Below the pieces are notes generated by a model. The model worked only from the letters and a program-made list of their open reading frames with translations. It was not told the origin of the DNA and did no database searches. The translations under genes and the position numbers were made by a program. Of a stretch of 64,000 nucleotides of DNA, positions 38,601-52,564 are shown piece by piece; the first letter of the stretch is position 1, and the number at the start of each line of letters is the position of its first letter. Source of the stretch: Octopus bimaculoides (lineage: Eukaryota). The stretch covers positions 133,039,495-133,103,494 of the forward strand of contig NC_068984.1 in the NCBI RefSeq assembly GCF_001194135.2, in the 5' to 3' direction.

Positions 38601-41191
38601 TTAGGACTGTTACGTAAAGTGGATGAGTTTCCCCTCTTGGGAGATATTCATATTTCACTTATTTACCAACATAAAACAAGAGCTAACCACACTGGAGATT
38701 TTAAAATTTGTTATATTTTCCCTGAATGTTATCAGGTTTTTGTCATTTGTCGGATTTAATTATCAAGTTTATGTCATTTCTGTTTGATAATCACAATATT
38801 GAGAATGACATGAAATAAAATAGTTATCAAGGACTTGGGCTGTGTAAATATGCTGATTATTGATAAAATAATTCCATTGGCATTGGAATGATTGAAGTGG
38901 TGGAAATAAGATAGCACCAGACTATACATATGCATTGCAGTTTTTAGCTATGATCCTTTATCTTCTGAGTTTAAATCCCATTGTAGCTGACTTTGTTTTT
39001 ATCCTTTTGGATTCAATAAAATAATGTACCAGCAATAATACTGAGCTTCATTTAATCATTGAAATCTCTCCCCTATAAGTCTGTAGACTTGTGCAGTGTT
39101 CAGATTAGTCTATTCATAAAATATGGAACAGTACTGTGTTATAGATTTATGTTTCTTTGTTGTTAGTTTTACTCCATGAGAAATGAAGTTTTAGCACTCA
39201 CTTATATTAAGTGTTGATATTCCTCTTTGTAAACTGGCTGTGTGGTTAAGAAGCTCATTTTGCAACCATGTGGTTTTGAGTTCAGTCCCACTCTACAAAA
39301 CCTCAGGTAAGTGTCTTCTACTGTAGCCCTGGGCCAACTATTGCCTTGTAAATGAATTTGGTACATGGAAATTGTGTAGAAGCCCATTGTGTGTGTGTCT
39401 TCCACACCCCTTACCACTTGACAGTATTGGTTTGTTTATGTCTCTGTAACTTTGTAGTTTGGCAAAATAGACCAATAAATTAGGTACCAAGCTTAAAACA
39501 AATACTGGGGTTGATTTGTTTGACTAACCCCTTCAAGGCTGTGCCCCAGTACAGCTGCAGTCCAAAGACTGAAACAAGTTAAAGGGAATTGAAAAGATGA
39601 AAAAAATTAGTATCATTTACGTGAAGCTTTGATACTCATGTGGAGTCCTGATATTCATTTATATGGAGTTTTGAAATTAATTTACATGAAGTATGATGAT
39701 GGTAGCCTCAGTCAAATGAAGTATTAATACCAGTGTGGAGTGGGGACAAACACAGATGCAAAGACACATACATATACACACACAGTGGGCTTCTTTTAGT
39801 ATCCATCTACCAAATCCACTTACAAGACTTTGGTCAACCTGAGGCTTCAGTAGAAGACACTTGCCAAAGGTGCCACACAGTAAGACCAAACCTGGAATGA
39901 CGTGTTTGGGAAGCAAACTTCTTACCACAGCCGCACCTGATGAAGTTTTGTATGAAGTCACAGCAGAAAACTGGTGACATATTTTGTTTGAAATATCATA
40001 GCTTAAGACCAGAGTATATCTGTTGGCCATTTCATGTTGTCACCAGAAAATTAGTGATATTGATCAGAGTGGAATGGGCTTAAATTTCAATTTTAGTGGA
40101 GCTGTTCTCTTGTTACACCTCTCTAATTTGGATATTTGGTAAAAATAGTTTTATTTAATACTGACCTAGTAGCAAACAATCACACAATAATGAAATAGTA
40201 GTTAAAATTGATATTTAGTATTTTATCAGCTATTATTTTGAAAATAAAATTAGGGAAGTAAATGTCTATGCTTTGTGGCTTCTGTTCTAAGGATTTTGTT
40301 TTTATATTCAAATTCCATCCAAGTCAATTTATCTTTCCATCTTTCTGGGTCTGATAATGTACCACTGGTATGTTAACTTAAATCAGTCAACTATAACTAT
40401 CCCCGTATAAATATGTTTTTGAGGCCTTGGAAAAACAGCCCAGGGATTTTGAAAGTACAGTAAATATTTGTTATGGTGCTTTGTAGTTTGAGGTTTAAAA
40501 TTCTGAGTTCAAATGCTATTTTAGTTTAAATTTATGTTTCCTCTGTAGTTGATTATAAATTAAGTAACTGTTGTAAGAAATATGCTCAAAGTTAGAATAT
40601 AATAAAATATAATTCTTTAATTTCCTACTGTACAATACTATTCTTACATTTGGTATTGTGCACCTTCTTCTAGTACTCATATTTTAGAATTCACCAAACA
40701 TATAGGCACAGGTGTAGCTGTGTGGTAAAAAGCTTGCTTCCAAACCACATGGTTCCGAGTTCAGTCCTACTGCATGGCACCTGGAGTAAATGTCTTTTAT
40801 TATAGCTTTTGGTTGATCAAGGCCTTATGAGTGGATTTGGCCAACCACAAGCTTGTGAGATGGAAACAGAAAGGAACCTGTCTCATATATATATGTATAT
40901 ATATGTATGTATGTATGTGATGGGTCAATTAATTCAACTGAAAATTCTTCAAGCCTATGCCCCAGCATGGCGGCAGTCTAATGACTGAAACAAGTAAAAA
41001 AGAAAAAAAAAAACGATAAAACAAATTCTAACATTTGAGTGATAAAACCTTCCTTGACTGAGAATATTCAAATTCTGATCTTTCATATGTGGCACGTTGG
41101 CATTCATCAGTACATCTTTGTGTTCTGAATTCAACTTTACCTGTCATTCTTCTGGGATCATTAAAGTACCTATCAGATACTAGGGTTGATA

Positions 41192-41253
<62 letters not shown>
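41192..41253. repeat. (CT)n microsatellite, apparently the tail region of a decayed family A SINE
   Basis: Directly visible. It follows a decayed SINE body at ~41095-41190. Confidence 0.9.
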
Positions 41254-41259
<6 letters not shown>

Positions 41260-42626
41260 CCTCTCCCTCTGAATTGGCTACATTACAAGAGAAGAAGAGT
41301 CATGGGAGATTCCTCACAGCATCCTTTTCTCCTGAATTGGAGAAGGGAATAGCATGGGGCAAGCAGCCACTTCTGATAGAAAAACTAGTATGCTACTACA
41401 ACTGTCAAAGGGCAGCCCAATGTGTCCTACATCATGGAATGGAATGAAAAAAACATTATAAACAATAGTCTCTCATTATACTTTCATTTTTTCCACTTGT
41501 ATAAGACTTAAATCTTCCCAACTTAATGGCTGCAATTGTCTCATCATGAACATGTTTGTTATGTCTACATCTCTGCTTCTTATCATTTGCATTGTTTACT
41601 CTCCTACTTCATTCCAAGTACTACCATGTTATGAATAGCATTACCTCTCATCTTATGTATTTACACTAATCTCCAACTTTAATACTACACTGACAGCATC
41701 ATTCTTTTTGCTCATTTTTCCTCTCTTTTATTTTTATCTGAAAAGCCCCACATTTTATTGGCAATATACAAATGAAACTCTTGCTTTTAGATGTACAAAA
41801 GAGGAGAGCAACAACAACTTCCTCTGTCAACACATTGATTATTTTGCTTTGAATAAAGAAGGATCTTCAACTGTATAGAAGATCTAAGAATTTCAGAGTG
41901 ATTTAGTTATCTTGCTAAGTATTTTGTAATTCATTTGTCTTCTCTCGTCTTTAATCATCTACTTAAACAAATTAATTTCAGGTTTAGATAAAACTGAAGT
42001 ACATACTCTTAGTTATTGTAGTAAACAGTGAACTTTCAATTGTAAAACAGAATTTGTTGATTGTGCTTGTCTTATTTTCTTTTGTTTTCGGACATATTTA
42101 CATTGTCTTATCCATGTAAAGATGGCTGGAACATCGTGTTCTTTCTTTCAAATGTTTCCTCACATTAATTGTTTTTGGCTGAAGTATTGACGTGAAGACT
42201 ATTTTCCAGTAACCGGTCTAAATCATGCAGTGTAAAGAACTTTGCCCAAAGATATAATTTAGCAGTTTGTCATCTGCAGTCTACAAACATATATCATATC
42301 ATACCTTGAAACTGTGTGGACTGGGTTCCACCATTGACAGGCTTCTGGTTTTAAACATTTATAGAATACAAATTAGTAGTAACAGTTCTCAAGGGCTAGT
42401 AGATTTGAAATGTTTAGAAACAGATTTACTGCCTGTTTCTCTGAGATAGACACTTCTGATGAGACCCTAGCAAGGGTCGATAGTTGATTATGGCTCTTTA
42501 TTTTTTCGAACTGCAGAGATTTGTTTCTATTTCTGCTGTGTTTACATATTCATATACAGCAATGCCTAAATACTTATTTAGACATCACCCATCTCTCTCA
42601 GTGAACATTACTCTCTCTCTCTAGAC

Positions 42627-42894
42627 CAGGGGTTTTCAAACTGTGGTCCGCAAGGACAAGACAGGGGGTCCGTGGACAGCAAATACTTTTTATGGACAAT
42701 TTGATTTTATATATGTTTTTTAATCAAAATCTTTTAATTGACAATAAACCTATTTTGTTAAATACTGTTAACTAAATAAATGTAAAAATATATGTTATTT
42801 TAAGCAAATATTTATGTATAAATTTCATAAGTGTTTATAAGGTAAAGCCTGAAATATAAAGGGGTCCGCAAGTCAAAAAGTTTGAAAACCCCTG
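42627..42894. mobile_element. hAT (Charlie/Buster-type) MITE, 268 bp, intact ends
   Basis: 16-bp TIRs CAGGGGTTTTCAAACT / AGTTTGAAAACCCCTG. Perfect 8-bp TSD CTCTAGAC at 42619-42626 and 42895-42902 with central TA. Confidence 0.95.
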
Positions 42895-44127
42895 CTCTAG
42901 ACAAACTGAAATTCTACTTCATCCACATCTAAAACCTTGCAGTCTATAAGAAAAATGTTTTCAACATTTTACAGAGATACTGCTTGAAGTTTTTTATTCC
43001 ATCGATTCACTGCTTTATTTACATTTCTGTTTAAAGTTTATCTTTTCATCTTGCAGCTATTAATCTTACCATAAATTCTACTTTCTTGTCATTGCTACCT
43101 CATCTTAGTGCTCCACCAAGCTCTGCCTTTTGTTAGCTGCTGTAATTACTTCAAGTGTTAATCACCAATACACTAAATTAATTGAATGATCAACAACAAA
43201 TTTTACTTTTATATGTACTTTACTGCTTACCAGTCTGCCTATCAGCCATATTGCTTTTCCACATAATTTTATTGCTATATGTTAGTTAGCTCTTCATTTT
43301 CTTTCCTTAATATTATTATTATTAATTTTTGTGGTTTTGCATTTCATTTCATTATAGTGTATATATTTAGCATCCTCTTTTCCGTTTTTTTCCTTGTTTT
43401 TAATGTCTAACTTGATGGCAAAGTAATTTCTGTGTTAAATTTACTAAGCATATGCAACATGACATGGCACATGAAATGTAAACAAAATGTTCTCTACTAA
43501 CTCCCGCATTGACTGAAGCTAAAAATTCCATTTACTTCCTTCCTTGCTATTATTTTCCTTCCATTACCCACTCATGCTATGTAACACAGAATTACTGAAA
43601 ATATGCTTTCTTTTCTTTTACTTCTTTTTTTCTTATATTCCCTTCAGAAATAACCTTTCTTCACTGAATCTAGTTTGTCCAGCTGTATCTGATTTATATA
43701 ATTCCTTATGGTCTCCATTGTTCACTTGAGCCTGCTCTGCTTTTTAGGTACATATTACATACCTAGTTGATTCTATGAGTTCTAAAATTATGCCTTATCT
43801 AACAAATATACTGATCCATATGTGTTCAATCTGTTCCTTATTGTATAAAGCTGTATACTGGCTCTTATGTTCAGTCTATTCATTATATTATTTATGAAAA
43901 TGGTAATACATCCCAGTCTTTGTTATGTAATAAAGGTACCATAGAAAAGCTCGTAATCCTGTAGCATTATCTGGGTCAATTTAACTTGTGTTCCAAATTA
44001 TATCCACCATTATATGTTATAAAGTTGGACAAAACAGTTCAAGGCAACAAAACACTCTCCAATGTTACACTGCTACCTCTGCCTACAATGATGAATTGTA
44101 TCTCTTTATAATTTTTTAAATTTTATT

Positions 44128-44410
44128 TATGCGCCCTTTTAAAGCCTAGCCAGGCTCATGGGCCCGGTTTCCCGGTTTCTATGGCGTATGTGTCCCCCCC
44201 CCCCAAGCTGGACATTGCAGCTTTACTCAAGAAACAGGAAGAAAGAGCGAGAGAAAGTCGGGGCGAAAGAGTACAACAGGGGTTGCCACCACCCCCTGCC
44301 AGAGCCTCGTGGAGCTTTAGGTGTTTTCGCTCAATAAACACACACAACGCCCGGTCTGGGAATCGAAACCGTTAGTCTGCTGCCCTAACCACTGGGCCAT
44401 TGCGCCTCCA
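44128..44410 (-). mobile_element. Family F tRNA-derived SINE with an alternative 3' tail
   Basis: Same head and body as 14622-15016 (GGCGCAATGGCCCAGTGGTTAGGGCAG...TGAGCGAAAACACCTAAAGCTCCACGAGG) but a different tail. A more decayed relative lies at ~59245-59470. Confidence 0.85.
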
Positions 44411-45669
44411 CATCACTTCATAATACCTACTTACAACTACTTTGAGCGGGACATTAGTGTTTTATCCATTGACATATTGCACTGCCATTGGCTGAATACA
44501 AAATTGTCAACACTTTGGAGTATTGTTGAAAATCCCTCTATCAGCTTATATATGTAGTGGATTATATCTGATGTCTCTTATATTGCTCATATCTTGGTCA
44601 TGTTTGAACTTGATCTATTTCATGTATTACTCACTTGGTGGATCATATGTAAGGTAACTTTGTCACTTGTATTATACATTCACTAGATCCTCTTTCAGGT
44701 CAGTCTATCTTTTACGTTGTTCAGGTAAGATGACTTAAGAGATAAGAGATAATGGACAGTTTTTCATAGGTTGTGAGTTCAAATCCACTAAAGATGTTTT
44801 ATTCATGCTTCTGGCCAGAGTACTCTCTTCTACATTGTCTCAGGTCATTTAGATTTCAAAGGGAATGATTACCAGATCGTTCACTTCAAACTTGTGGAAC
44901 AATTAAATTTTTACATTTCTTTTTTATATTGATTTTAAATTTTGGTACATGGCCAGCAATTTTAGAGGAAGGGGCTTGTGAGTTACATCAATCCAACTGG
45001 TACCTATTTTATCAATTCTGAAAGGATGAAAAGCAAAGTCAGCCTCAGCAGAATTGAACTCAGAGCATAAAGACTGACTGCTAAGCGTTTTGCTTGGCAT
45101 GCTAATGATTCTACCAGCTCACCTACTTTGTTTCTCTTTTATATTACATGGTTAGGAGATCAAATTTAAATTTCATATATACTCAGTGATGTGTAATGTT
45201 TACCTCTGCCAAGTCTATCTTTTATTAATACATGGCATCTCTCATTCTCTCATGCACACAAACAAACAGAATATTTACTTCAGCTAATTTCTGTTCAGCA
45301 AGAAAATCTGATTGTTGCCAACAATGACTGTAGTCCCTACATCTCTTCAGTCACTGCCAATTCTCAATCCTATGCTTGTTCTAATTCTAGTAACACTAGT
45401 ATTAGGTCATCCCAATAACAGGGCCTACTTGCGAAGTTTTATCGTTAAGGCCTTGATTGGAATTCATTGACTGTTAGTTTACTGTATTTCATTTATAACC
45501 ATTGATTGTGTTCCCAGTATAGTATCAAATTGTATCCTACTCAGTAGATTTTCCTATCATTGATGATTTATGAAAGAGTTTTTACCTTAACTTCCATTGG
45601 CTGACAGAAATACTCTTTATAACATTACTTAATTCTTGTCTCTTTTCATAATAGTCATAAGTATATATA

Positions 45670-45912
45670 TATCATCATCATCATCATTTATTTAATGTCT
45701 GCTTTCCATGCTGGCATGGGTTGGACGGTTTGACAGAGGACTGGCCAGCCAGATGGCTGCACCAGGCTCCAATCTGATCTGGCAGAGTTTCTACAGCTGG
45801 ATGCCCTTTGAGAGTGGAGCGGGTGCTTTTACGTGCTGCCGGCATGAGGGCCAGTCAGGCAGTACTGGCAACGGCCACGCTCAAATGGTGTTTTTTACGT
45901 GCCACCTGCATG
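45670..45912 (-). mobile_element. Family D RTE-related retroposon 3' fragment
   Basis: (CAT)n tail plus a body nearly identical to 56525-56820. Confidence 0.85.
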
Positions 45913-45959
<47 letters not shown>

Positions 45960-46315
45960 ATGTAGTATGTATGTATTACTTAACTTTCTTGCGAGTCTTG
46001 TTTGTTTTTGTTTTATATTTGCTCATATTTATGTGATGAACTCTTGACTCAAGAAACAGTGAAATGAAATTTACAGTATATTAATATTGATATTTGAAAT
46101 TGGCATCAGATTACTAAATTTTTTTCTTTGGGTGAGGTGCAGGGTAAAGTTACAAGCAGTTGTGTCAAAGTACAAATGTAATATAGTGAGCTGAAAATCT
46201 CTGATTAACTAAGATTATCTTTGTAATAACACAAAAATATTCCTCAAAGGGTGTTTTGAGCCTGAAGTAATGTTAGCCAACTTGAGCCCTGACAGGATTG
46301 AGTATAAAGAGAATA

Positions 46316-46617
46316 TTTTCACTTCCTCGTCACTGGAATAATGTTTGCCTCTCAAACCCTCTTTCATGGGGCCGAAGAGATGATAGTCCAGTGACGAGGA
46401 AGTAAAAACGGTAGTGAAGAAGTGGCTCAAAGAACAGTCAACAGAATTTTACAGAGTAGGGATACATGCTCTCATACGAAGGTAGAACATTGCTATGTTG
46501 AGAAGTAGGGATGTGATCCACAGAGGACCAGCTTCATCTTGATGTATGATACATGTTCCTGTGTTGGTAATTATACCTGTCCTAAACAAAATGACATTAC
46601 TTTTTGACTCACCCTCG
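46316..46617 (+). mobile_element. Mariner transposase 3' fragment with right TIR and an inverted 5' segment
   Basis: Plus strand 46387 onward: SSDEEVKTVVKKWLKEQSTEFYRVGIHALIRR*. Minus strand 46389-46316: DYHLFGPMKEGLRGKHYSSDEEVK (mariner catalytic D motif region). TIR TTACTTTTTGACTCACCCTCG followed by TA (46618-46619). Confidence 0.9.
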
Positions 46618-47405
46618 TAACACTGGCACGGCAAAAAAGGTATAGCTGACTCTAGGGAGATTTGAACTTAGAAAGTAGAGAGACAAAACTAAATATTGCA
46701 AAGCATTTCTGTATTTATGAGTTCCCTGTTATTATAAAGGCCAGCAAATTTGATTCTTTTCTTCTATTTCTATTTTGAGACTGCACAGCCTAACTTGCAT
46801 CTTTTATCAGAAACATATAAGACAATTCTCCTTGAAAATTTAGTTTCAGAAATTCATATCTCAGAATTCTATTTTAAATCTATTTATTTATTTATTATTG
46901 TTATTATACACTTCTCTCAAAAGCCATCACTAGTTTTTCTAGTTGACTAGTTTGTTTCTAACGCTTGTATATTTTTAGCTTGCTCTACAACAATTTCTAT
47001 TTGAATAAGCAGTTGAGATTTATTTTGATAATACAAGTTTTAAGATCTGAAACTCCCAGATGTGTCATTGTTTTAGCTAATGTCCTGTATTTCTGTGGTT
47101 ATGATAATTCTGCAGTAATATAACTGGTGAGAGAAGGCTTTGATCTGGTTTGGATTTCCGTTTGAAGTTACCTTTACTTACTCACTTGATGGTCTTGAGA
47201 AGACAATGAGTATCAATGTTTCATTTGTCATTTACTTTCCCTTGAAAATCTGAAATATCGTGTTTTCTGAAAAAATCCTTATTCAATGTTTCTGGAACAA
47301 TGATAATATTTTTTTAAACTCCATGTCAACCCTGGGCAAACAGACATGCGGTGAGCAAAGATGGTCCAGCTATGACTGTCCTGTATTTTTATTGGACACA
47401 GCATA

Positions 47406-47623
47406 CACAAAGGTATGCTGAAAAGTTCCTGGCTTTGGGTAAAAGAAAATACAGAACAATCAGTTAATTATGATTTTATTCAATATATCCCCTCCTCAGA
47501 TTCACACACTTGTTGCAGCAGTCCTTCAGTGTTTCTAAGCCATGTAAAATAAATTGGAAGGTTGAGCCTCCAGCCAGGCCTTTCGCAATACTCTTAAAGC
47601 CAAGAACTTTTCAGCACTGTTTG
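47406..47623. mobile_element. Tc1/mariner-type MITE (second copy; partial third at ~59776-59856)
   Basis: TA flanks at 47404-47405 and 47624-47625. TIRs and internal sequence match 20903-21119. Confidence 0.85.
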
Positions 47624-50600
47624 TATAGTATATATATATATATATAGGACTACAATAATCTAGGGAGCTTTTTTCCCCCAGGACGTGATGAATTGAAGAT
47701 TTGACAGCTAATTTTAGTAGGTCAATCAACTGTGTAGAAGCTTCTTTTTTGGTTCATTGAACTATAGAGTTGACAAAAATGATGGAAATGCATCTACTTT
47801 TAGTCATACTTGAGTTCAATCCAGTCAACATTGACTTTGTCTTTCATTCTTATGGAGTTCATAAAATATGTACCTGTTATAAATTAGACTTGTGTTCATT
47901 GACTGCATCACCCCTTTTACAAGAAGTTACCTTGTTCCTAATGACAAATTGATAGGATGGCATTAAAATAAAAAAACCTGCTTCAAAGCTGTTTTGTATG
48001 TTGTGCTTGCCTCTGTTTCATTTGCCTTCCTACATATGTCTAATAAAACAAAGATTGTATTTTTTTTCTTCCTATTTAGCTGCATTTCTGACAGAATCTA
48101 GTTCAGACAAATAGTTGATCTAATTTCGTAATCTCAGTGAAATGACCTGGAATAAATTGCCACAAAGTCAGCAACTTTAAGCAATTTTCCTTGATAATTC
48201 ATCTGAGTTTCTTTCTCATTTTTTCTCTTAATTCTGTGAACCTATGAACCTCCTTTCCCTTTGCCTGCTGTAAATTGTTGTGTAATCTGTGGGAATAGAC
48301 AGTGTATGCTAATAAGATACATACATTAGATCAGTGTCAATTGAATTTCTGGGAAACAAATGGGTTGCTTTTATTTACGAGAGAAAAGTGAGAGAGGGGG
48401 CAGTATGTATGTGCATGTGTAGTTTTCTGGTGCCCAAGTATTTAACTTATTTATATATTGTTGGCAAAGCTAGTATAAAATTTACAAAAAGCCTATAACC
48501 TTTATAGATTGTCTCCTGGTGATGAAGGTGAGGGAAATGTCTAGTCACCTGACAGATATTATACAGAGATACACATAAGGTAAGGGAGAGCAGAGTCTTT
48601 AACTCCATTACTACCCTCTTGGATTGTAATGCAATTAATGTTGTCAGTAGTTAGTTGTTAGAGGGAGATGAGGACACAGTTTTGGAGAAAACACAAATAC
48701 TACAAACACAAGTTCAGGAAAATGTTGAGATTTACTTTAAGTGGACAGAGAGTTTGTAGTTGAAATTTTGGCTAATTTTTCGTTACAACTTCTAGGGGCC
48801 AATCCTATACCCTAAAATGAATGGCAGAACATTGCCATGAGGGAAATATTAGCAGCATTTTATAATGAGTTGTTCTGATGTAGCCCCAGTGCAGCCTTGG
48901 TTGAATAGACCTGTGGTACATAGGTAACCAGCTTGGCCAAATGGTTACAATGATGCACTCATGATTGTAAGATTGGGTTTTGCTTCCTAGACCACATTGT
49001 GTTCTTGAGTAAAATACTATATTTCACATTGCTCCAGTCTACTCAGCTGCAATAGCTGAAAAGTTAACCTTGCAATGGTCCAGCATCCTATTCAGAGGGA
49101 AGTGTTGTTATCTCAGCCATTTATATGCCATGGAAATGGAGTTAAGTTCCAGTATTATGAGTCCTAGTACTCAAAACAGATCTAATATAGGCAATCGACT
49201 TAGGTGCAATTTACTGATCTATTGTTCAAAATATATCAGCCCCACCGTCAAATTAACAACCATACTGCACATCCCACCATGTGGTGATTAATTGTATCAA
49301 GTGAAATGTGACATGTATAAGGATGGAAATACATGTGGCACACTAACCACTGTCTTGTGTACTTTTGTATATCTGTAGATTATAGCAAAAGTAGACAAGT
49401 TTGAACTCAGTCAGAATGTGGCAGTTGCTAGTCCTCTGCACTTATCCAGTAATCCTATGACCATTGTAGATATATTGAACATAATTCTTAATAATGAAGA
49501 GTTTTATCTATATATATTATCTGGGTGTTATTTATTTAATCTATTCTAATACAGACTGTTGCTCCATCATACAAATGTCATTCAAAGCAGCAGATTCAGA
49601 CCCTGTAAAGGGAAATTGAAACAAGAATAAGTATTGAATCTATGAAAGAAGTTCATTCACCTTATAGTTTTCTCTGCTGAAGATGTCTCCTTCCTAGGTG
49701 AAGTCAATGACAATTGTTAAACTAAGTAAATGCAGAAGTTGTATGTATGTGTACAAGAACAGAAAGTTAGAGGAACAAGTCTATCTACTAAGTATCCAAG
49801 CCTTATTATAGATTGTGTTAGAGGTTCTTGTTAATGGTAGAAACATAGGCTAAATGAAAACTTAAGTTTTCAAGAGCATGATTCTGACTGAAAGAGAAAT
49901 AGCAAGTATTAAAGCAAGTATTAGTAGAATCTATCTTTTCAAATTCCTTACTTGGAAGAAAACCAGAGAACTTCATCTTATCAAAGAAATGCCTTAGTTT
50001 AAGTACTCTCGTCAGAAAATGTTATGAGTAGATCACATATAGGAAATGTTAGTTGGAGGGGTAATGTGAAATTGAAGGATGGGTTAAATTTAGAACTTTA
50101 AGTCCTGTATATTAAGTATTATATGAAGAATAAGTTGTGTACATTTAGTATTATATACAGCATAGGTCATGTTTTTCTAGTATTATGTACAACATAGAAG
50201 TCAACAGTGATAGATATAGGAAGGATACAAACAATGAAATGCAAGTGAACAAATATTACTTATAATAATAATATTACTGTTTGATAGGAAAAAGCCATAG
50301 ATTAGATGAAAACAGTAGTGAATAGTGACCTGAAAAGAACTGGGTAGGGGTCGGTGTATGTGGGTGTGGGGGAGTTAATGGTCACAAATATAAGATGAGA
50401 TAATGAGATTAAGTCTAAGAAAGAAAAACAAATATTATAATGAGATTAAAATGTTTGTAACATCCTCTTATATTATTCCATATAATAGATCAATAAAGTT
50501 AAACATGCTATTGTTACAATATATTTAAGTATCATCATACATGTTTCTTTTCCTTTTCTAAAGTTAAATAATATAGGATATGATTGTATAGTCTCATTTG

Positions 50601-52564
50601 TTTGTTTTGGTTTACATTTGACATTTGCTTGGAAATATTCAAACGCATCTTATCTTTGCTACCACTACCCACTGATTATCAAACAGAAACTGCGTTGTCT
50701 TCTTTCTTTAGGCTCGCTGGAATTCTTCTGTTTGCAGATAGCTTCAAATATTTTACTAATCTTGATTAATTCCATCATTTATCTTTATTGTTTTAATGGC
50801 AATTAGGCAACATTCCCTTTATTTTCAGTCGTAATTGTGCGCAAAAATATACTGTGCACATTTTTTTCCTGTAACAAAAGTATATGCACACTAAATGTCA
50901 AAAAAGAAGTATAATTCATATTTAATGCTTATTTCAGGCAACTAATCTTCTGTGCAGATATTAATTTCTTTTGTGTGCTAATTGCAAAATGTCTGTGCAT
51001 GCACATGTACATAGCTTAGAGAGAATGGTGCCCTTAATTTTCAGTAGTGTGTGTGAAAATATTATGCTAAGCACTTTTTCCCTGTGACAAAAGTATGTAC
51101 TTACTGAATGTAAAAAAAATGAACTATAATGCTTATTTTTAGTAACTAATTTTCTGTGCACATGTTAATGCACTAGTTGCAATATGTGAGTGCTGTGCAC
51201 ATGCATGTAAAAAGGGGAAATGGTAGTGGGTGCTGAGATGCAATAGTAAGTTCTTGTCACACTCCATAACCTTATTTCAGTTCTCAGGTGAAACTATATC
51301 ACTTTATTCTTAATATTCAAGGGTAGGGCTTCAGTATTGCAACTTCTTCTCCAACAAATAGAAATTGCTATGCAATATCTAAGAAAATATTACTAATTTT
51401 TATGTCTGGTTAGACATGCTCAACATTTTCTATCTTGCAAACTAGCATTTGTGTAATTCTAATTATAATACATCTATTTGTGACTGCTAATATTTTCCAG
51501 TCTGTTCTAACAATTCTTTTCTGAAATTAACCTTGGTTTATTTCTCCTGTGGTTTCCTACCTTCTGCAACTCACATCACTCTTTCATCTGACTTATACCA
51601 TATAACTGTATTACACGTCTGTACCATGTCTGCATATATCATCATAATTACTTCATCAGCTTTCAACTTGCCTGTTAACATTGCATGTCCAGGACAATCT
51701 TTATGCATTCATTTCCAACTGCTGTAATTCCTTTGTATTTTGTGCTCTTGGTTTGCTCAAACTCCAACTCTAGACTCACATTGCAGTACTGCTTGTTTAT
51801 ATAGGTTGTATACGACGGTGCTGCTGTTACACATTCAGATATCCTGAAATACTGACAAAATACGGACCAAATTGAGAGATTAACACAGACACACCAATAC
51901 ACAGCTTATGGCTAACAAATGGCCAGTTTCTTCTCTTTGCCTTTTGCTTTTTATCACTACTACAGTGACCTCTTCTTTTCTGAATGAACTAGAAGTGCAC
52001 TTTTCCATCCAAGCTATTTCTTTCATCCTAGATCCTGCTCTAAACACTTCACCCGATCCGTTCTCATCAGAAAAGTATTCCTCAAGGACCTGGAAGGTCA
52101 TAAGACATTGGTCTTTCTCTATGTTCTCTACAACTTCCATCTTGCACAGACTCTAGACACCTACACTGTCATGAGTCTTATGTGAAGCATTAATTAACTC
52201 CACCCACCCACATTTACAATTGTCAGATATATTTCTGCATAATCCACAGTCTTCACTCCATAGCTGTTCATATTATTAGATGTCCCAGTATGTGTGGTAA
52301 GTATACTTAAAGTTTTGTTTCCCTACCAGTTTATCTACTCAATATAACTATATCTTTTTAAGTTATGAAGTCAATGTTATTTTGAATTTTTAGATGAGAT
52401 GTTTTCAGTGAGCAAAACAAGATGTCAGGGAACAAGATATACATGAGACCTTGATAATGGAGTTTGTGTTTCATTTCTTATCATTTCTTCCTTCTATGTT
52501 TGACAAAATAGGTATCAGTATACTAGGATAAGTATAGGAATTTGGGTAGGGTAAATAAAATATA

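Noticed and set aside
45284-45412. S/N-rich open frame after an AG (LISVQQENLIVANNDCSPY...)
   Set aside because: Weak donor, no recognisable homology and a length within chance expectation.
49379-49549. Open frame after a pyrimidine tract-AG (IIAKVDKFELSQNVAVASP...)
   Set aside because: No convincing donor or known domain. It may be decayed LINE sequence.
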